Assembly (NCBI GenBank): GCA_021294815.2
Contig: CP095464.1
Span: 810,001-842,000 of the forward strand
Direction: 5' to 3'
From: Verrucomicrobiota bacterium
GTDB lineage: Bacteria; Verrucomicrobiota; Verrucomicrobiia; Opitutales; LL51
Length of the DNA: 32,000 bases
Part shown: positions 11,203-20,715 of the stretch, one piece after another
Position numbering within the stretch: position 1 is the first letter of the stretch
Layout: each line of letters opens with the position of its first letter
The notes under the pieces: model-generated
Databases searched by the model: none
What the model was told of the DNA's origin: nothing
The model's input: only the letters and a program-made list of their open reading frames with translations
Position numbers and translations under genes: made by a program

Positions 11203-11850
11203 ATGTATCAGTTGCCGGATTTGAAATTTGCCTACGATGCGCTCGAGCCCGTTCTAACGGCGGAGATGCTCGAGTTGCATTACACTAAGCATCACGCAGG
11301 GTATATTCAAAAGCTTAACGATTTGCTGCAGCAGATCCACTATCCGGCGCCCAAGGATATCGATGAGTTCATTGCGACGATGGATTTTTCTAAAATTCCG
11401 CCGCCCTATCGAGATGCGATCCAGTTTAATGCCGGGGGACATGCCAACCACTGCTTCTTTTGGGATATTTTGAGGCCTTATCAATCGAAAGTTACGATAT
11501 CGTCAGCCCTCGAAGCGGCACTAAAGCAATCATTTCAGTCGCTCGAGAATTTTAAAAAGGAGTTCGAACATATTGCGGCTCAGCACCTCGGAAGCGGTTG
11601 GGCATGGCTTTGTGTTTCTCTCGACAAAGAGCTTGTGATGATGACCACACTCAATCATGATCATCCGCAAATGCCGCAGTTTAAAGGAACTTCCAAAGCC
11701 GGAATACCGATCCTTACACTCGATCTTTGGGAGCATGCGTATTACCTCAAGTACAAGAATCAGAAACTCAAGTATTTCGAGGCGTATTGGGATATCGTTG
11801 ACTGGAACCGGGTGGCGCAACGTTACCAAGAGGTGATCGAAAAGCATTGA
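11203..11850 (+). CDS. sodA: Fe/Mn-family superoxide dismutase
   Basis: HYTKHH, NAGGHANH and DLWEHAYYLKYKNQ are present. Metal specificity is not assignable: a His (nt 11656-11658) occupies the position of the Mn-SOD outer-sphere Gln. Confidence 0.93.
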   Translation: MYQLPDLKFAYDALEPVLTAEMLELHYTKHHAGYIQKLNDLLQQIHYPAPKDIDEFIATMDFSKIPPPYRDAIQFNAGGHANHCFFWDILRPYQSKVTISSALEAALKQSFQSLENFKKEFEHIAAQHLGSGWAWLCVSLDKELVMMTTLNHDHPQMPQFKGTSKAGIPILTLDLWEHAYYLKYKNQKLKYFEAYWDIVDWNRVAQRYQEVIEKH

Positions 11851-11881
11851 TTTGTCAAAAGTCGGTAGTTAGGTTAAGACT

Positions 11882-12667
11882 GTGATCACGAGCTGCCATT
11901 TTTTAGGAAGCAGTAGCCACGGAAACTGTTTGTTGGTGCGGTCAACAACGGGGAATTTTTTGATCGATGCCGGGTTGACAGGACGACAAATCGTTCTACG
12001 CCTTCCAAATTTTGGCATCACGATCGATGATATTGGCGCGGTTTTTATTACACATGAGCATGCCGATCATTCGCAGGGTTTGAGGGGGCTCCATAAATAT
12101 GGTCATATCCGCCATTTTGCCAATCGGCCAACTGCGGAAGCAATTGAACGCAAGCTCGAGCGTGCGTTCCAATGGGATTATTTTCAAACCGGTACCGTAC
12201 TAACGTATGGCGAGTTTGAGGTCGAGACATTTTCCATCCCCCATGACGCCGCTGATCCCGTTGGGTACATCTTTCGCAGTCGTGACGGAGGAAAGAGCCT
12301 GTGTTGGATGACAGATTTGGGGTATATTCCGCAAAAAGTCCGCGAGCACGTCGCGCATTCCGATATCTTGGTGTTGGAAGCGAACTACGACAACGGAATG
12401 CTCGAAAATGATATCAAGCGTCCATTTGCGATCAAGGCAAGAATCCGGAGCCGCTTTGGACATTTATCGAATGAATCGGCTTTCGATCTCGTCGCGCGTA
12501 CAGAAAATCCCTCATGGCAAAAAATTTTTTTGGCGCATCTTAGCCGGGATTGTAATGATTCGCGGCTCCTGACCTCATTATTTGGCCCCGCAATGCTCCA
12601 GCGCTACAACATTACCGTGATCGATCCCGAGGACACAAGCATTCCGGTGAGCTACTGTTGTGTGTGA
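11882..12667 (+). CDS. MBL-fold metallo-hydrolase (YycJ/PhnP-like), GTG start
   Basis: Contains the THEHADH metal-binding motif, a downstream H...D pattern, and C-terminal HLS. 261 aa. Confidence 0.8.
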   Translation: MITSCHFLGSSSHGNCLLVRSTTGNFLIDAGLTGRQIVLRLPNFGITIDDIGAVFITHEHADHSQGLRGLHKYGHIRHFANRPTAEAIERKLERAFQWDYFQTGTVLTYGEFEVETFSIPHDAADPVGYIFRSRDGGKSLCWMTDLGYIPQKVREHVAHSDILVLEANYDNGMLENDIKRPFAIKARIRSRFGHLSNESAFDLVARTENPSWQKIFLAHLSRDCNDSRLLTSLFGPAMLQRYNITVIDPEDTSIPVSYCCV

Positions 12668-12673
12668 GTGTTT

Positions 12674-13141
12674 TTAGAGAAAAATTGTTTCTTTTCCAAA
12701 ATCTTTTTTGGGCAAAGCATTGAGGTTGAAGCATACAATGATGACTATGTGCAAGAGTCCATTGGCGATCAATACGGAGAGGATAAAGTCCCGATTAAAG
12801 CAGAGATAGAAAAAGTTTTGCGTGCTCCAAAGTGCGAGCGCGGCGACTTTATCGAAGTCAAAAAGATTACCAATGTAGAAAGCAGTTGCTGTAGAAATGC
12901 AAAAAAAAGCACCGCTATTTAGAATGGGTTCGTAGACGCTCAATATGCAAATAAGCAGTAGTAAACCTTCTAGGAAGGAACAATATTTTCTTAAGAAAAG
13001 AAAGAGTGCGACGGGGAAAATGGTGAGCGATAGACGTATTGGATAAAAGAAATGGTTCAATAAAAGCTCAAGAAGGAGAATAACGACTAACCGTTGAACA
13101 GCGGTGACTTTGGCAGCATAGGGAATGGAGCTAGAGATCAT
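12674..13141 (-). CDS. mreD: Probable rod-shape protein MreD (small polytopic membrane protein)
   Basis: 155-aa very hydrophobic protein whose start overlaps the mreC stop by 11 nt. Its position after mreB-mreC is the canonical one. There is no diagnostic motif, so the call rests on context. Confidence 0.55.
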   Translation of the reverse strand: MISSSIPYAAKVTAVQRLVVILLLELLLNHFFYPIRLSLTIFPVALFLFLRKYCSFLEGLLLLICILSVYEPILNSGAFFCISTATAFYIGNLFDFDKVAALALWSTQNFFYLCFNRDFILSVLIANGLLHIVIIVCFNLNALPKKDFGKETIFL

Positions 13142-13976
13142 GTGTTTGAATGACGGCGACCTCGCAAATGTTGCTCATTGAAGGCAATGCAACTGTAGCC
13201 TGCAAGAAAAATCCATCTCCTTGGGGCTCAAGAGAGAGGACTGTTCCTAACGCCAGCGAAGCGACTCCTTTTTGTAAAGAAATGGGAAGAACGGTCGTTC
13301 CGGGTTTGAGAGTTTTTAGCGATGTTGGTATATTTGTGACACGTCCGCGGCGCTCCATAGAATTTTTGAGAGACGAAGACTGACCGCCATGAAAAATCAT
13401 AGGGGTAGGGTTTGGCGCAGATTCTAACGTAACCGCGAGATGAAATTTGGGACTTGTTGTTAAAATAACAGTTGCGTGGTGCTCTTGAACAGAAGCAATT
13501 TTGCCAATGACACTAATCTCAGGGGGCGTATTAGAACTGTTTGGGGAAATGGCAGCGACCACGAGATCATTTTCGCCAATGCTGTCCGCAGAGCCTTTAT
13601 TAATAATAAATTGGTCCCACCACGCGGAGACTTCGCGCTTAATGACACGTGCGTAACATTTTTTTAATTTCAATTGATCACCCAGATGCATTAATTGTTC
13701 CAGTTGTTGGATGCGCTCTAATCGATGCTGATCCTCGTGATGTTGCCGATGGAGCTCCGTATTTTCGTTCCATAATTGTGTACAAAGGGCAACAAGTTCA
13801 TTTTGAGAACACGCTTTGAAACGTAAGGCATCAAGCTTTCGATGAGTACTGTCTACTAATTCATAGAAAGGGAGTGTTGTTGATTGTAAAAATATGCGTG
13901 GCGAAAATGACTTAACCCAACAAACAAGGGCGGCGATGATCAGAAACAACCATCCAAACCATCGGAAAGGCACCAT
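13131..13976 (-). CDS. mreC: Rod-shape protein MreC
   Basis: N-terminal TM helix, then a coiled-coil (ELHRQHHEDQHRLERIQQLEQL), then a beta-rich C-terminal domain. The gene lies 2 nt downstream of mreB. Confidence 0.8.
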   Translation of the reverse strand: MVPFRWFGWLFLIIAALVCWVKSFSPRIFLQSTTLPFYELVDSTHRKLDALRFKACSQNELVALCTQLWNENTELHRQHHEDQHRLERIQQLEQLMHLGDQLKLKKCYARVIKREVSAWWDQFIINKGSADSIGENDLVVAAISPNSSNTPPEISVIGKIASVQEHHATVILTTSPKFHLAVTLESAPNPTPMIFHGGQSSSLKNSMERRGRVTNIPTSLKTLKPGTTVLPISLQKGVASLALGTVLSLEPQGDGFFLQATVALPSMSNICEVAVIQTHDL

Positions 13977-13978
13977 GA

Positions 13979-15022
13979 TTAATCATCTGCAAGGAGCGCG
14001 CCGAGGTCTTGGAGAACCATACCCGTTCCATTAGCGACGGCGTAAAGCGGATTATCAGCAACAATGGCTGGAAGCCCAGTCGCTTCACTAATGGCTCGAT
14101 CGAGCTTGCGAATCATTGATCCACCACCGGCAAGGACGACACCACGATCGACGAGATCAGACGATAACTCTGGTGGGCACTTTTCGAGGGCGATTTTGAT
14201 GACCTCGACAATCCCTGAGACTGCTTCACGTAGAGCTTCTCGGACCTCGGTTGATGTAATTTTGATGGTTCGGGGAAGTCCAATAATCGCGTCGCGTCCT
14301 TTGACGGTAAGTTCTAATTCATTATCGAGAGGTGCTGCCGAGCCGATACGGATCTTGATCTCTTCCGCCGTCCGCTCGCCAATAATGAGGTTGTACATTT
14401 TTTTGACGTAAGCAATGATCGACTGATCGATCGCATCGCCGCCAATCCGAATACTCTGCGAGAAAACCACACCATTAAGGGATAAAATCGCTACCTCAGT
14501 GGTACCCCCTCCAATATCGACAATCATACTGGCCGTTGGTTCATCAATGGGGAGGCCTACGCCAATCGCAGCAGCCATGGGCTCTTGCAACAGCAAGACA
14601 TCGCGCGCCCCCGCGTGGATTGCAGACTCCCGGACAGCTCGGCGCTCGACTTCGGTAATGCCGGACGGAACCGCAATGACGACCCGTGGCGGGATAAAAT
14701 TCATAGGACGTGAAGCTTTGTTGATAAAATACCGCAACATGTCCTCGGTAATTTCAAAATCGGCGATCACACCATCCTTCATAGGGCGAACAGCAATGAT
14801 ATTGGCAGGGGTGCGACCGAGCATTTTTTTCGCTTCCAAGCCTACCGCGCGGACCTTTTTGGAGTTGGCATAAATGGCGACGACGCTCGGTTCATTCATA
14901 ATAATTCCGCGGTCTTTAGAAAAAACCAACGTATTGGCCGTTCCGAGATCGATTCCAATATCGTGCGACAAAAATCCTAACGCCCGGCTCGCCGAATTCT
15001 TTAACTTAGCGCCCAATCTCAT
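13979..15022 (-). CDS. mreB: Actin-like rod-shape protein MreB
   Basis: DIGIDLGTANTLV, EPMAAAIG, DIGGGTTEVA and VLAGGGS motifs. 347 aa. Confidence 0.96.
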   Translation of the reverse strand: MRLGAKLKNSASRALGFLSHDIGIDLGTANTLVFSKDRGIIMNEPSVVAIYANSKKVRAVGLEAKKMLGRTPANIIAVRPMKDGVIADFEITEDMLRYFINKASRPMNFIPPRVVIAVPSGITEVERRAVRESAIHAGARDVLLLQEPMAAAIGVGLPIDEPTASMIVDIGGGTTEVAILSLNGVVFSQSIRIGGDAIDQSIIAYVKKMYNLIIGERTAEEIKIRIGSAAPLDNELELTVKGRDAIIGLPRTIKITSTEVREALREAVSGIVEVIKIALEKCPPELSSDLVDRGVVLAGGGSMIRKLDRAISEATGLPAIVADNPLYAVANGTGMVLQDLGALLADD

Positions 15023-15128
15023 TGGATGGTCACAATGAAAATTTTTTCACGATTTTGCAAAGACAATTTACGAAAATTCGAGCAATTATTTTCTTGACAA
15101 AATTTTGATAAAATAAGAGGCACGAGCC

Positions 15129-16640
15129 ATGTTATCGCGGGTTCATTCGGGAGCATTAATGGGAATTGAAAGCATTCCGATTGTTGTTGAGGTCAATACC
15201 AACCTTCCAGGCGATCCCAAATTTTTGACAGTTGGTTTGCCGGATGCGGCGGTTAGAGAGTCTCAAGAACGGGTTCATTCGGCGCTCCAAAGTAGTGGAT
15301 TTTCGATGCCGAAAACGCGAACAGTTGTCAATTTGTCCCCGGGGAATCTGCGGAAAGAGGGGGCGCTCTACGACCTACCTATCGCGCTTGGCGTTTTGAG
15401 AAGTACGGGACAGGCACTTTTACATCACTTAGAAGACTACATTATTGCGGGTGAGCTCAGCCTGTCGGGCGAGATTTTACCGATTCCAGGGAGTATTGCT
15501 CTTGCAATGCAGGCACGGAAATACCATAAGAAGCTCATTTTACCCCTTGCCTCTGCAGAAACCGCGGCCTTTGTAAATAATTTAGAGATTTATGGTGCCC
15601 ATAATCTTCCAGAGGTTGTTCGATTTTTATCGCGTGAGGAAGAACTACCCCAGGTGAAAACCCACTGGATTCCGGAGTCGGTGTCGTTTGATGTGGACTT
15701 CTCCGAAGTGAAAGGACAACAGGCCCTAAAACGAGCCGTCGAAGTGGCTGTCGCGGGAGGACATAATCTCCTAATGGTTGGAACGCCAGGATCGGGAAAA
15801 TCAATGATCGCGCGCCGTATTCCAACGATCATGCCGCCGCCAACAGTAGAAGAATTTTTAGAAATTCTCGCTGTTTATTCGACCTGCGGACACGTTCATT
15901 CGCCGAAAGATATCAAGCGACCATTTCGCGCACCGCACCACACAATCAGCGATATTGGTCTTTTAGGGGGAGGAAAATATCCCACGCCCGGGGAAGTTTC
16001 ATTGGCCCATAATGGTGTCTTATTTTTGGATGAACTTCCTGAATTTCAACGTGCCACTTTAGAAGTCTTGCGTCAACCTCTAGAAGACGGGTTTGTTTCA
16101 ATTTCCCGTAACATGGCCAAAGTTGAATTCCCATGTTCGTTAATGCTCATCGCGGCGATGAATCCCTGTCCGTGTGGTTTTTTAGGTGATCCCAAACGTG
16201 AATGCATCTGTTCACCGCATCAGATTCAGCGTTACCGTTCGCGAATCAGCGGACCACTGCTTGATCGTATCGATATCCACACCGAAGTTCGGCCGGTTTC
16301 GACAGAGGAGTTTCGCGACAAAAATTTGGGGGAACTTTCTGTAACTATCCGGGAACGTATTGTGCGCGCTCGGGAACGTCAATGTGCCCGTAACCCTGCT
16401 ACGATGTCAACGAATGCTAAACTCAATACCGCGGCCCTTCAGCAATTTTGTGAACTTGATCATGCGGGCGATCAGCTTCTTACTTCGGCGATTGAACGTC
16501 TGGGTCTTTCTGCGCGTGCGCATGACCGTATTCTTAAAGTCGCACGTACGATTGCCGATCTTGAGGCTGCCGAAACGATCCGCGAAGAGCATCTTCTAGA
16601 GGCCATCCATTACCGTTCACTGGATCGGAAAATTTTTTAA
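15129..16640 (+). CDS. comM: YifB/ComM-family Mg-chelatase-like AAA+ ATPase
   Basis: N-terminal Lon-like/ChlI domain, Walker [18 protein letters not shown] (Walker B), and a cysteine cluster [17 protein letters not shown]. 503 aa. Confidence 0.9.
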   Translation: MLSRVHSGALMGIESIPIVVEVNTNLPGDPKFLTVGLPDAAVRESQERVHSALQSSGFSMPKTRTVVNLSPGNLRKEGALYDLPIALGVLRSTGQALLHHLEDYIIAGELSLSGEILPIPGSIALAMQARKYHKKLILPLASAETAAFVNNLEIYGAHNLPEVVRFLSREEELPQVKTHWIPESVSFDVDFSEVKGQQALKRAVEVAVAGGHNLLMVGTPGSGKSMIARRIPTIMPPPTVEEFLEILAVYSTCGHVHSPKDIKRPFRAPHHTISDIGLLGGGKYPTPGEVSLAHNGVLFLDELPEFQRATLEVLRQPLEDGFVSISRNMAKVEFPCSLMLIAAMNPCPCGFLGDPKRECICSPHQIQRYRSRISGPLLDRIDIHTEVRPVSTEEFRDKNLGELSVTIRERIVRARERQCARNPATMSTNAKLNTAALQQFCELDHAGDQLLTSAIERLGLSARAHDRILKVARTIADLEAAETIREEHLLEAIHYRSLDRKIF

Positions 16641-16641
16641 A

Positions 16642-17997
16642 TCAGGCAGCGATATTTTGAATCAGAGAAACCAGCGGCAAAAATAATCCAATAACGATGG
16701 TCCCGATGAAAAACGCGAGCATGACAATGAGTAGTGGCTCGATTAGGACCGTTGCCCGTGTCATGAGTTCATTGAGCTCTGCCTCGTAGGTCGTGGCGAT
16801 CTTTTGCATCATTTCACCGAGGTTTCCGGACTCTTCACCAACTTTAATTAGCCCTTCTGCGACTTCCGGTAAAACGTGTCGCCGGTGTAATGCTTCCGCT
16901 AATGAAATTCCCTGTTGTACATCGCGAATCGCCAATGAAAGCTGGTGTTGCATCGCCGTATCGCTGACACTGGCACGTGCCATTTTTAACGATTCAACGA
17001 CCGAGCATCCACAGAGCAGTAAGTCCCCAAATACACGGGCAAACAACACGATATACCACTTTTGGAGGCAACGTCCAAAAATAGGGAGATGGCGCAGAAG
17101 GTCATAGAGTATCCGTTGAAGGGTCGTGTTTTTCCGCATAGCCACGACGGCAAGCATTCCTACCGCAATTGCTACAATGACGATCAATAGGTGATTGGTA
17201 ATAAAGCGGCTACCGGCGAGAATCCAGGCAGTTAATACCGGAATCGCCTCGGGGCCAACCTGGTCTACGATAACCGTTTCGAATTTCGGAATCACAAAAG
17301 TCGTTAGCAGTAAGATAATTGCACTTGAAACTAATAACACCGTTGCGGGGTAAAAGAGCGCTGACAGAACTTTTTTCTTTAAAAAAACTTTCCGTTCTGC
17401 CAGATCTGCCATTTTGGCGAGTGTTTCACTTTGTTGTCCCCTGGCTTCACCGGCGCGAATTATTGCGATTTCGGATGCATCAAAATTAACACCGGAGTGA
17501 GCGATGGCTTCCGACAGCTGACTACCGCCCTCGATGTGCGCCAAGATATTTTCCAAAAATACGCGTGCATGGCCATTTTCCTGTTCGACAAGTAATGTTA
17601 ACGAAGAACGAAGATCCATTCCCGCGCCTAGCAAAGTGGAAAGCTGACGGACAATATGTGCCTTTTTTTCGAGCTTCAACGTGATTTTTTGAGGCGACGA
17701 TGATTGCCGCAATCGAGGTTTATAGCTTTCCGTCGAAGAGATGTCTCTGAGAGTTTTTTTATGCACAGTATTGCCAGTATTTAGAGGTTTCTCCTCGTGA
17801 TTGACCACTAATTCTGGCGTTGACCGTATGGGGCGTTTTCCCCGAGCGAGTTCCTCTAGTTTGCGCAGTTCGGAGGCGAAATCGACAACCTCTTCCTCGG
17901 GGCTAACTGCAGCATTCTCAGTGTTTGAGGACCAACTCCTTTCGAGATTCCTCTGATGTTTTTGCAAGAAACCACGAAACCACAGGCGCCATTTCAT
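16642..17997 (-). CDS. gspF: GspF/PilC-family inner-membrane platform protein (type II secretion / type IV pilus / competence pseudopilus), with a roughly 100-aa N-terminal extension
   Basis: Two T2SS-F repeats (LSTLLGAGMDLRSSL...EGGSQLSEAI and FGDLLLCGCSVVESL...QQGISLAEAL) and three TM segments. The start ATG overlaps the upstream gene's stop (ATGA). Confidence 0.85.
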   Translation of the reverse strand: MKWRLWFRGFLQKHQRNLERSWSSNTENAAVSPEEEVVDFASELRKLEELARGKRPIRSTPELVVNHEEKPLNTGNTVHKKTLRDISSTESYKPRLRQSSSPQKITLKLEKKAHIVRQLSTLLGAGMDLRSSLTLLVEQENGHARVFLENILAHIEGGSQLSEAIAHSGVNFDASEIAIIRAGEARGQQSETLAKMADLAERKVFLKKKVLSALFYPATVLLVSSAIILLLTTFVIPKFETVIVDQVGPEAIPVLTAWILAGSRFITNHLLIVIVAIAVGMLAVVAMRKNTTLQRILYDLLRHLPIFGRCLQKWYIVLFARVFGDLLLCGCSVVESLKMARASVSDTAMQHQLSLAIRDVQQGISLAEALHRRHVLPEVAEGLIKVGEESGNLGEMMQKIATTYEAELNELMTRATVLIEPLLIVMLAFFIGTIVIGLFLPLVSLIQNIAA

Positions 17998-19061
17998 GTC
18001 GCATCTTGTTTAAAACGGACCTTCCGTTTGGCGATATTTTGAATACCTTCTTTAATAGCAATATCGTCATTTTCCGCGATCTCAACACCAATAATGTGTT
18101 CGAAAATATCATCGAGCGTCAGAACGCCAATGACTTTATCGTCCTTTTTGACGAATGCGAGCTGCGTAAGACTCTTAAGAAGGGCATCGAGTGCGTTGTT
18201 GACAAACATGTTATCTGGGAGCGCCTTGGGTTTTTCCATGAGGCGGCCGAGTTGCGTATTGGCGCCGTTGGTTGCAAAGGCGTGAAGAATTTTCCGTCGA
18301 TGGACAATGCCAACTAAATTCTCGGGATTATTAGCGTAAACCGGGATGCGCCCAGAAGGAATATTCTCGTTATTGGCTAAGAAAACATCACGGGCAGTCG
18401 CGTTTTTGCTATAGGCGCTGAGGTGATCGAGCGGCGTCATGATTTCCGCAATAATGGTATTGTCCATTTTAAGCGTATTTTCGATCATCTTCCGCTCTTG
18501 GTTGGTAAGCGTTCCGTCACGGACACTTTTTTGGGCTAGCAGGACAATATCGCGCTCAGAATAACGCGCCTCATTGAGACGTTTCTTACCGATCACGAGG
18601 TTTAGAATCAGGCTACAAGCCTTGGAAAATGGGTACATGGTCCAAACGACAATGCGTAGTAAAAATGCCGCCGGTACGTAGAGCTTCTGGCGATAGACAA
18701 GCCCGAGGTTTTTAGGTAGAATTTCCGAAAAAACTAAGAGACAAACGGTCATAAGGGCAGAGAAATAAACCAGGCTGCCTTCGCTAAAGTTTTTAGCAAC
18801 AATTCCACCGGCGACAATGGGACCAAATGTACTTGCAATCGTATTGAGTACAAGAATCGCCGCAGACGTCTCGTTGATGTTTTTTTTGCACTTTTCGATG
18901 TAGTTGGCGGTGTGGCGGTGATGCACACGAAGGTCTTCGAGCTCAATATCGTTGGCACTCAGAAGGATAGCCTCTAGAACAGAAGCTGTTGCTGAAATGC
19001 ATAATGTTAGCAGGACGGTGAGGACGAGGAGGTTGAACATGTGCACATCGACTGTTATCAT
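17994..19061 (-). CDS. CNNM / HlyC-CorC-family transporter (DUF21 + CBS pair), apparently lacking the C-terminal CorC_HlyC domain
   Basis: DUF21 motifs LEAILLSAN and SEILPKNLG. CBS-pair region EIMTPLDHL ... GVLTLDDIFEHIIG. The protein ends soon after the second CBS, at 355 aa. Confidence 0.8.
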   Translation of the reverse strand: MITVDVHMFNLLVLTVLLTLCISATASVLEAILLSANDIELEDLRVHHRHTANYIEKCKKNINETSAAILVLNTIASTFGPIVAGGIVAKNFSEGSLVYFSALMTVCLLVFSEILPKNLGLVYRQKLYVPAAFLLRIVVWTMYPFSKACSLILNLVIGKKRLNEARYSERDIVLLAQKSVRDGTLTNQERKMIENTLKMDNTIIAEIMTPLDHLSAYSKNATARDVFLANNENIPSGRIPVYANNPENLVGIVHRRKILHAFATNGANTQLGRLMEKPKALPDNMFVNNALDALLKSLTQLAFVKKDDKVIGVLTLDDIFEHIIGVEIAENDDIAIKEGIQNIAKRKVRFKQDAT

Positions 19062-19160
19062 ATACGCTCAGGAAATCTTTCAAGGATTAAAGGACCAAAA
19101 GACATGTGGTTTAAAATGAAAAAGCTTGTATTCTAAATGTTTCATTTTTCCCTGATGGGA

Positions 19161-19538
19161 GGCGCTCGATGCGGAGGGAATTCGGTGAGGCTACAAGAAC
19201 ATGTGGTTACTTACAGGAAAGTCCGGACACCGCAGAGTAGGACACCGTGTGAAAGCGCGGGCACAGTTTGTAAAGGGCTGTGACGGAAAGTGCAACAGAA
19301 AGAATACCGCCGCAAGGTAAGGGTGAAAAGGCGAGGTAAGAGCTCACCGGAGTCGTAGTAATGCGATTCGCACTGAAAACCCTGTCCGGTGCAAGGCCAA
19401 ATATGGAGCCGAGTGACTCGCTCAATGGTTCCGGGTTGGTCGCACTCCAAGAGGAGCGGGGCGTTGCCCTGAGAGAAATGAATTCCGAGTGTTTTTTCGT
19501 AACACTTACAGAATCCGGCTTATATCCGGTCGGGCGCC
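19161..19538 (+). ncRNA. rnpB: RNase P RNA, bacterial type A
   Basis: Universally conserved blocks AGGAAAGTCCGGAC (19215-19228), ACAGAAAGAATACCGCC, GGTAAGGGTGAAA and ACAGAATCCGGCTTA (19508-19522). The terminal P1 helix pairs ggcgctcga (19161-19169) with tcgggcgcc (19530-19538). Confidence 0.9.
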
Positions 19539-19895
19539 GTTTTGAATAAGTTGCTCAGATGCTAAAAGTGCTGCGTGTAGCACCTCTTGACTGACGGGCT
19601 TTCTTAAAATACAAGCCGCGCCGAGGGATTCCGCCTGAGTGAGTTTTATTGGATCGGTAGACGCCGTAAGCAGGATCAGAACAGGAATATATAATTGATG
19701 AAGGTGACGAAGTACGTCTTGATCACTCAAACAATTTTGAGAATCAAGATCACAAATTACAAAATCGAAATGCATATTCAACAGGACTGCAGAAACATTA
19801 GCGGCGACCGTTACCTGAAATCCTAAAAATCGCAGCAACTGTTTGAGAACCCGGGCGACGGAAAAATCCGGCTCAATGAGCAGCAATTGTTTCAT
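19506..19895 (-). CDS. Stand-alone CheY-like receiver domain (single-domain response regulator)
   Basis: I start the gene at the internal ATG (MKQLLLIEPD...) rather than at the track start 20054, which lies inside the kinase gene. Receiver hallmarks are present: acidic N-terminal pocket (E-P-D), DFVICDLD, LLTAS, LRKP. No output domain. 129 aa. Confidence 0.8.
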   Translation of the reverse strand: MKQLLLIEPDFSVARVLKQLLRFLGFQVTVAANVSAVLLNMHFDFVICDLDSQNCLSDQDVLRHLHQLYIPVLILLTASTDPIKLTQAESLGAACILRKPVSQEVLHAALLASEQLIQNGARPDISRIL

Positions 19896-20715
19896 CGATA
19901 TCTTCCATAAGCGGTAATATGAGCCGAAAATGGGTACCCTTCCCAAGCTCTGTTGCGACCAATAACGTACCCTGATGGAGCGCAACGCAACGAACGGCGA
20001 GATACATGCCGATACCAATTCCTTGACAGTGGTAGGTATTAGAGCAGCGCCCAAAAAGCTGTGTCAATTTAGGGACCTCTTCGCGAGGAATGCCGATCCC
20101 GCGATCAAGAATATCAAACTGAACCGTGTTATTTTCCGTTTTAATGGCTAAAATGACATCCTCTTTGGAGTATTTCAGGGCGTTCCCCAAGAGATTACCT
20201 AAAATATATTCCACAAGGGACGGATCGACTGCAATTATAGGCGGCTGCTCTTTTTCGCAAACCACCTGAATACGCTGTTTTGCATCTTTATCGGCGAGTC
20301 CCTCGATGATCGAAGAACAAAGCGCCAAGATGTCTGTTGACTGTGGATGATAGGTGATTTGTTGATGTTGCAATCGGCCAACGAGGACGATGCGGTCCAT
20401 CATGCGTGTCATTCGAAGGATACTTTTTCGGATATTTTCGAAAATTTCTTGTCGCTCAGTAACATCGAGACGTTGTTCGTAGTGCTGAAGTAAGTCCATT
20501 GAAGCGTAGATCGTCGTCATCGGATTACGAAGCTCATGAGATGTGACATTCATAAAAATCCCGCGTGCTTCAACGACTTCCTGAAGCTTATGAATAAGCG
20601 TACGGGATTGGCACATTTTGTAATAGTGATATGCAACACCCAAAAGTGCGGCGGTTACTCCAAAGGATGACACAATAACCCCACTGGCACAAGAGACACC
20701 GTCAACCCAACTCAT
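19873..20715 (-). CDS. Compact sensor histidine kinase (one N-terminal TM helix, HisKA + HATPase_c, no recognisable sensor domain)
   Basis: H-box SHELRNPMTTI, N-box LGNALKYS, G1 DRGIGIP, G2 GIGIGM. I prefer the ATG at 20715, preceded by GGAGAGG, over the TTG at 20751. The 3' end overlaps the receiver gene by 23 nt. Confidence 0.85.
   Translation of the reverse strand: MSWVDGVSCASGVIVSSFGVTAALLGVAYHYYKMCQSRTLIHKLQEVVEARGIFMNVTSHELRNPMTTIYASMDLLQHYEQRLDVTERQEIFENIRKSILRMTRMMDRIVLVGRLQHQQITYHPQSTDILALCSSIIEGLADKDAKQRIQVVCEKEQPPIIAVDPSLVEYILGNLLGNALKYSKEDVILAIKTENNTVQFDILDRGIGIPREEVPKLTQLFGRCSNTYHCQGIGIGMYLAVRCVALHQGTLLVATELGKGTHFRLILPLMEDIDETIAAH

Noticed and set aside
11169-11205. TTGACG-N16-TAGAAA sits only 6 nt before the sodA ATG. 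A TATAAC sits 8 nt before the orphan gene's ATG (around 3743-3748, minus strand). Both suggest leaderless mRNAs.
   Set aside because: The hexamer matches are weak (4/6). Other genes do not show a consistent pattern, and AT-rich spacers generate such matches by chance. This needs TSS mapping and is not supportable from sequence alone.
11653-11661. SOD active-site variant: N-H-D where Mn-SODs have N-Q-D. This could point to unusual metal specificity.
   Set aside because: From memory, His at this position occurs in known Fe/cambialistic SOD subfamilies (e.g. the mycobacterial type). It is probably a normal subfamily trait, and I noted it only in the feature evidence.
12668-12922. 84-aa plus-strand ORF overlapping the mreD region.
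   Set aside because: The opposite-strand 155-aa hydrophobic ORF is coupled to mreC and fits MreD. The plus-strand product has no features and would start 1 nt after the MBL gene's stop with no signals.
16642-17997. A Trp/Arg-rich N-terminus of GspF (MKWRLWFRGFLQK) and the RseP C-terminus (GFWRQG, nt 1034-1051) resemble the W-x-R motif of the 888-aa orphan.
   Set aside because: These are very short, compositionally simple matches at membrane-proximal termini. Chance similarity is the most likely explanation, and I cannot assess significance without statistics.
19873-20054. Track ORF 19506-20054 (182 aa) taken as the response regulator.
   Set aside because: Its first 53 codons overlap the kinase's ATP-binding domain in another frame. 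The receiver fold begins at the internal MKQLLLIEPD (19895).
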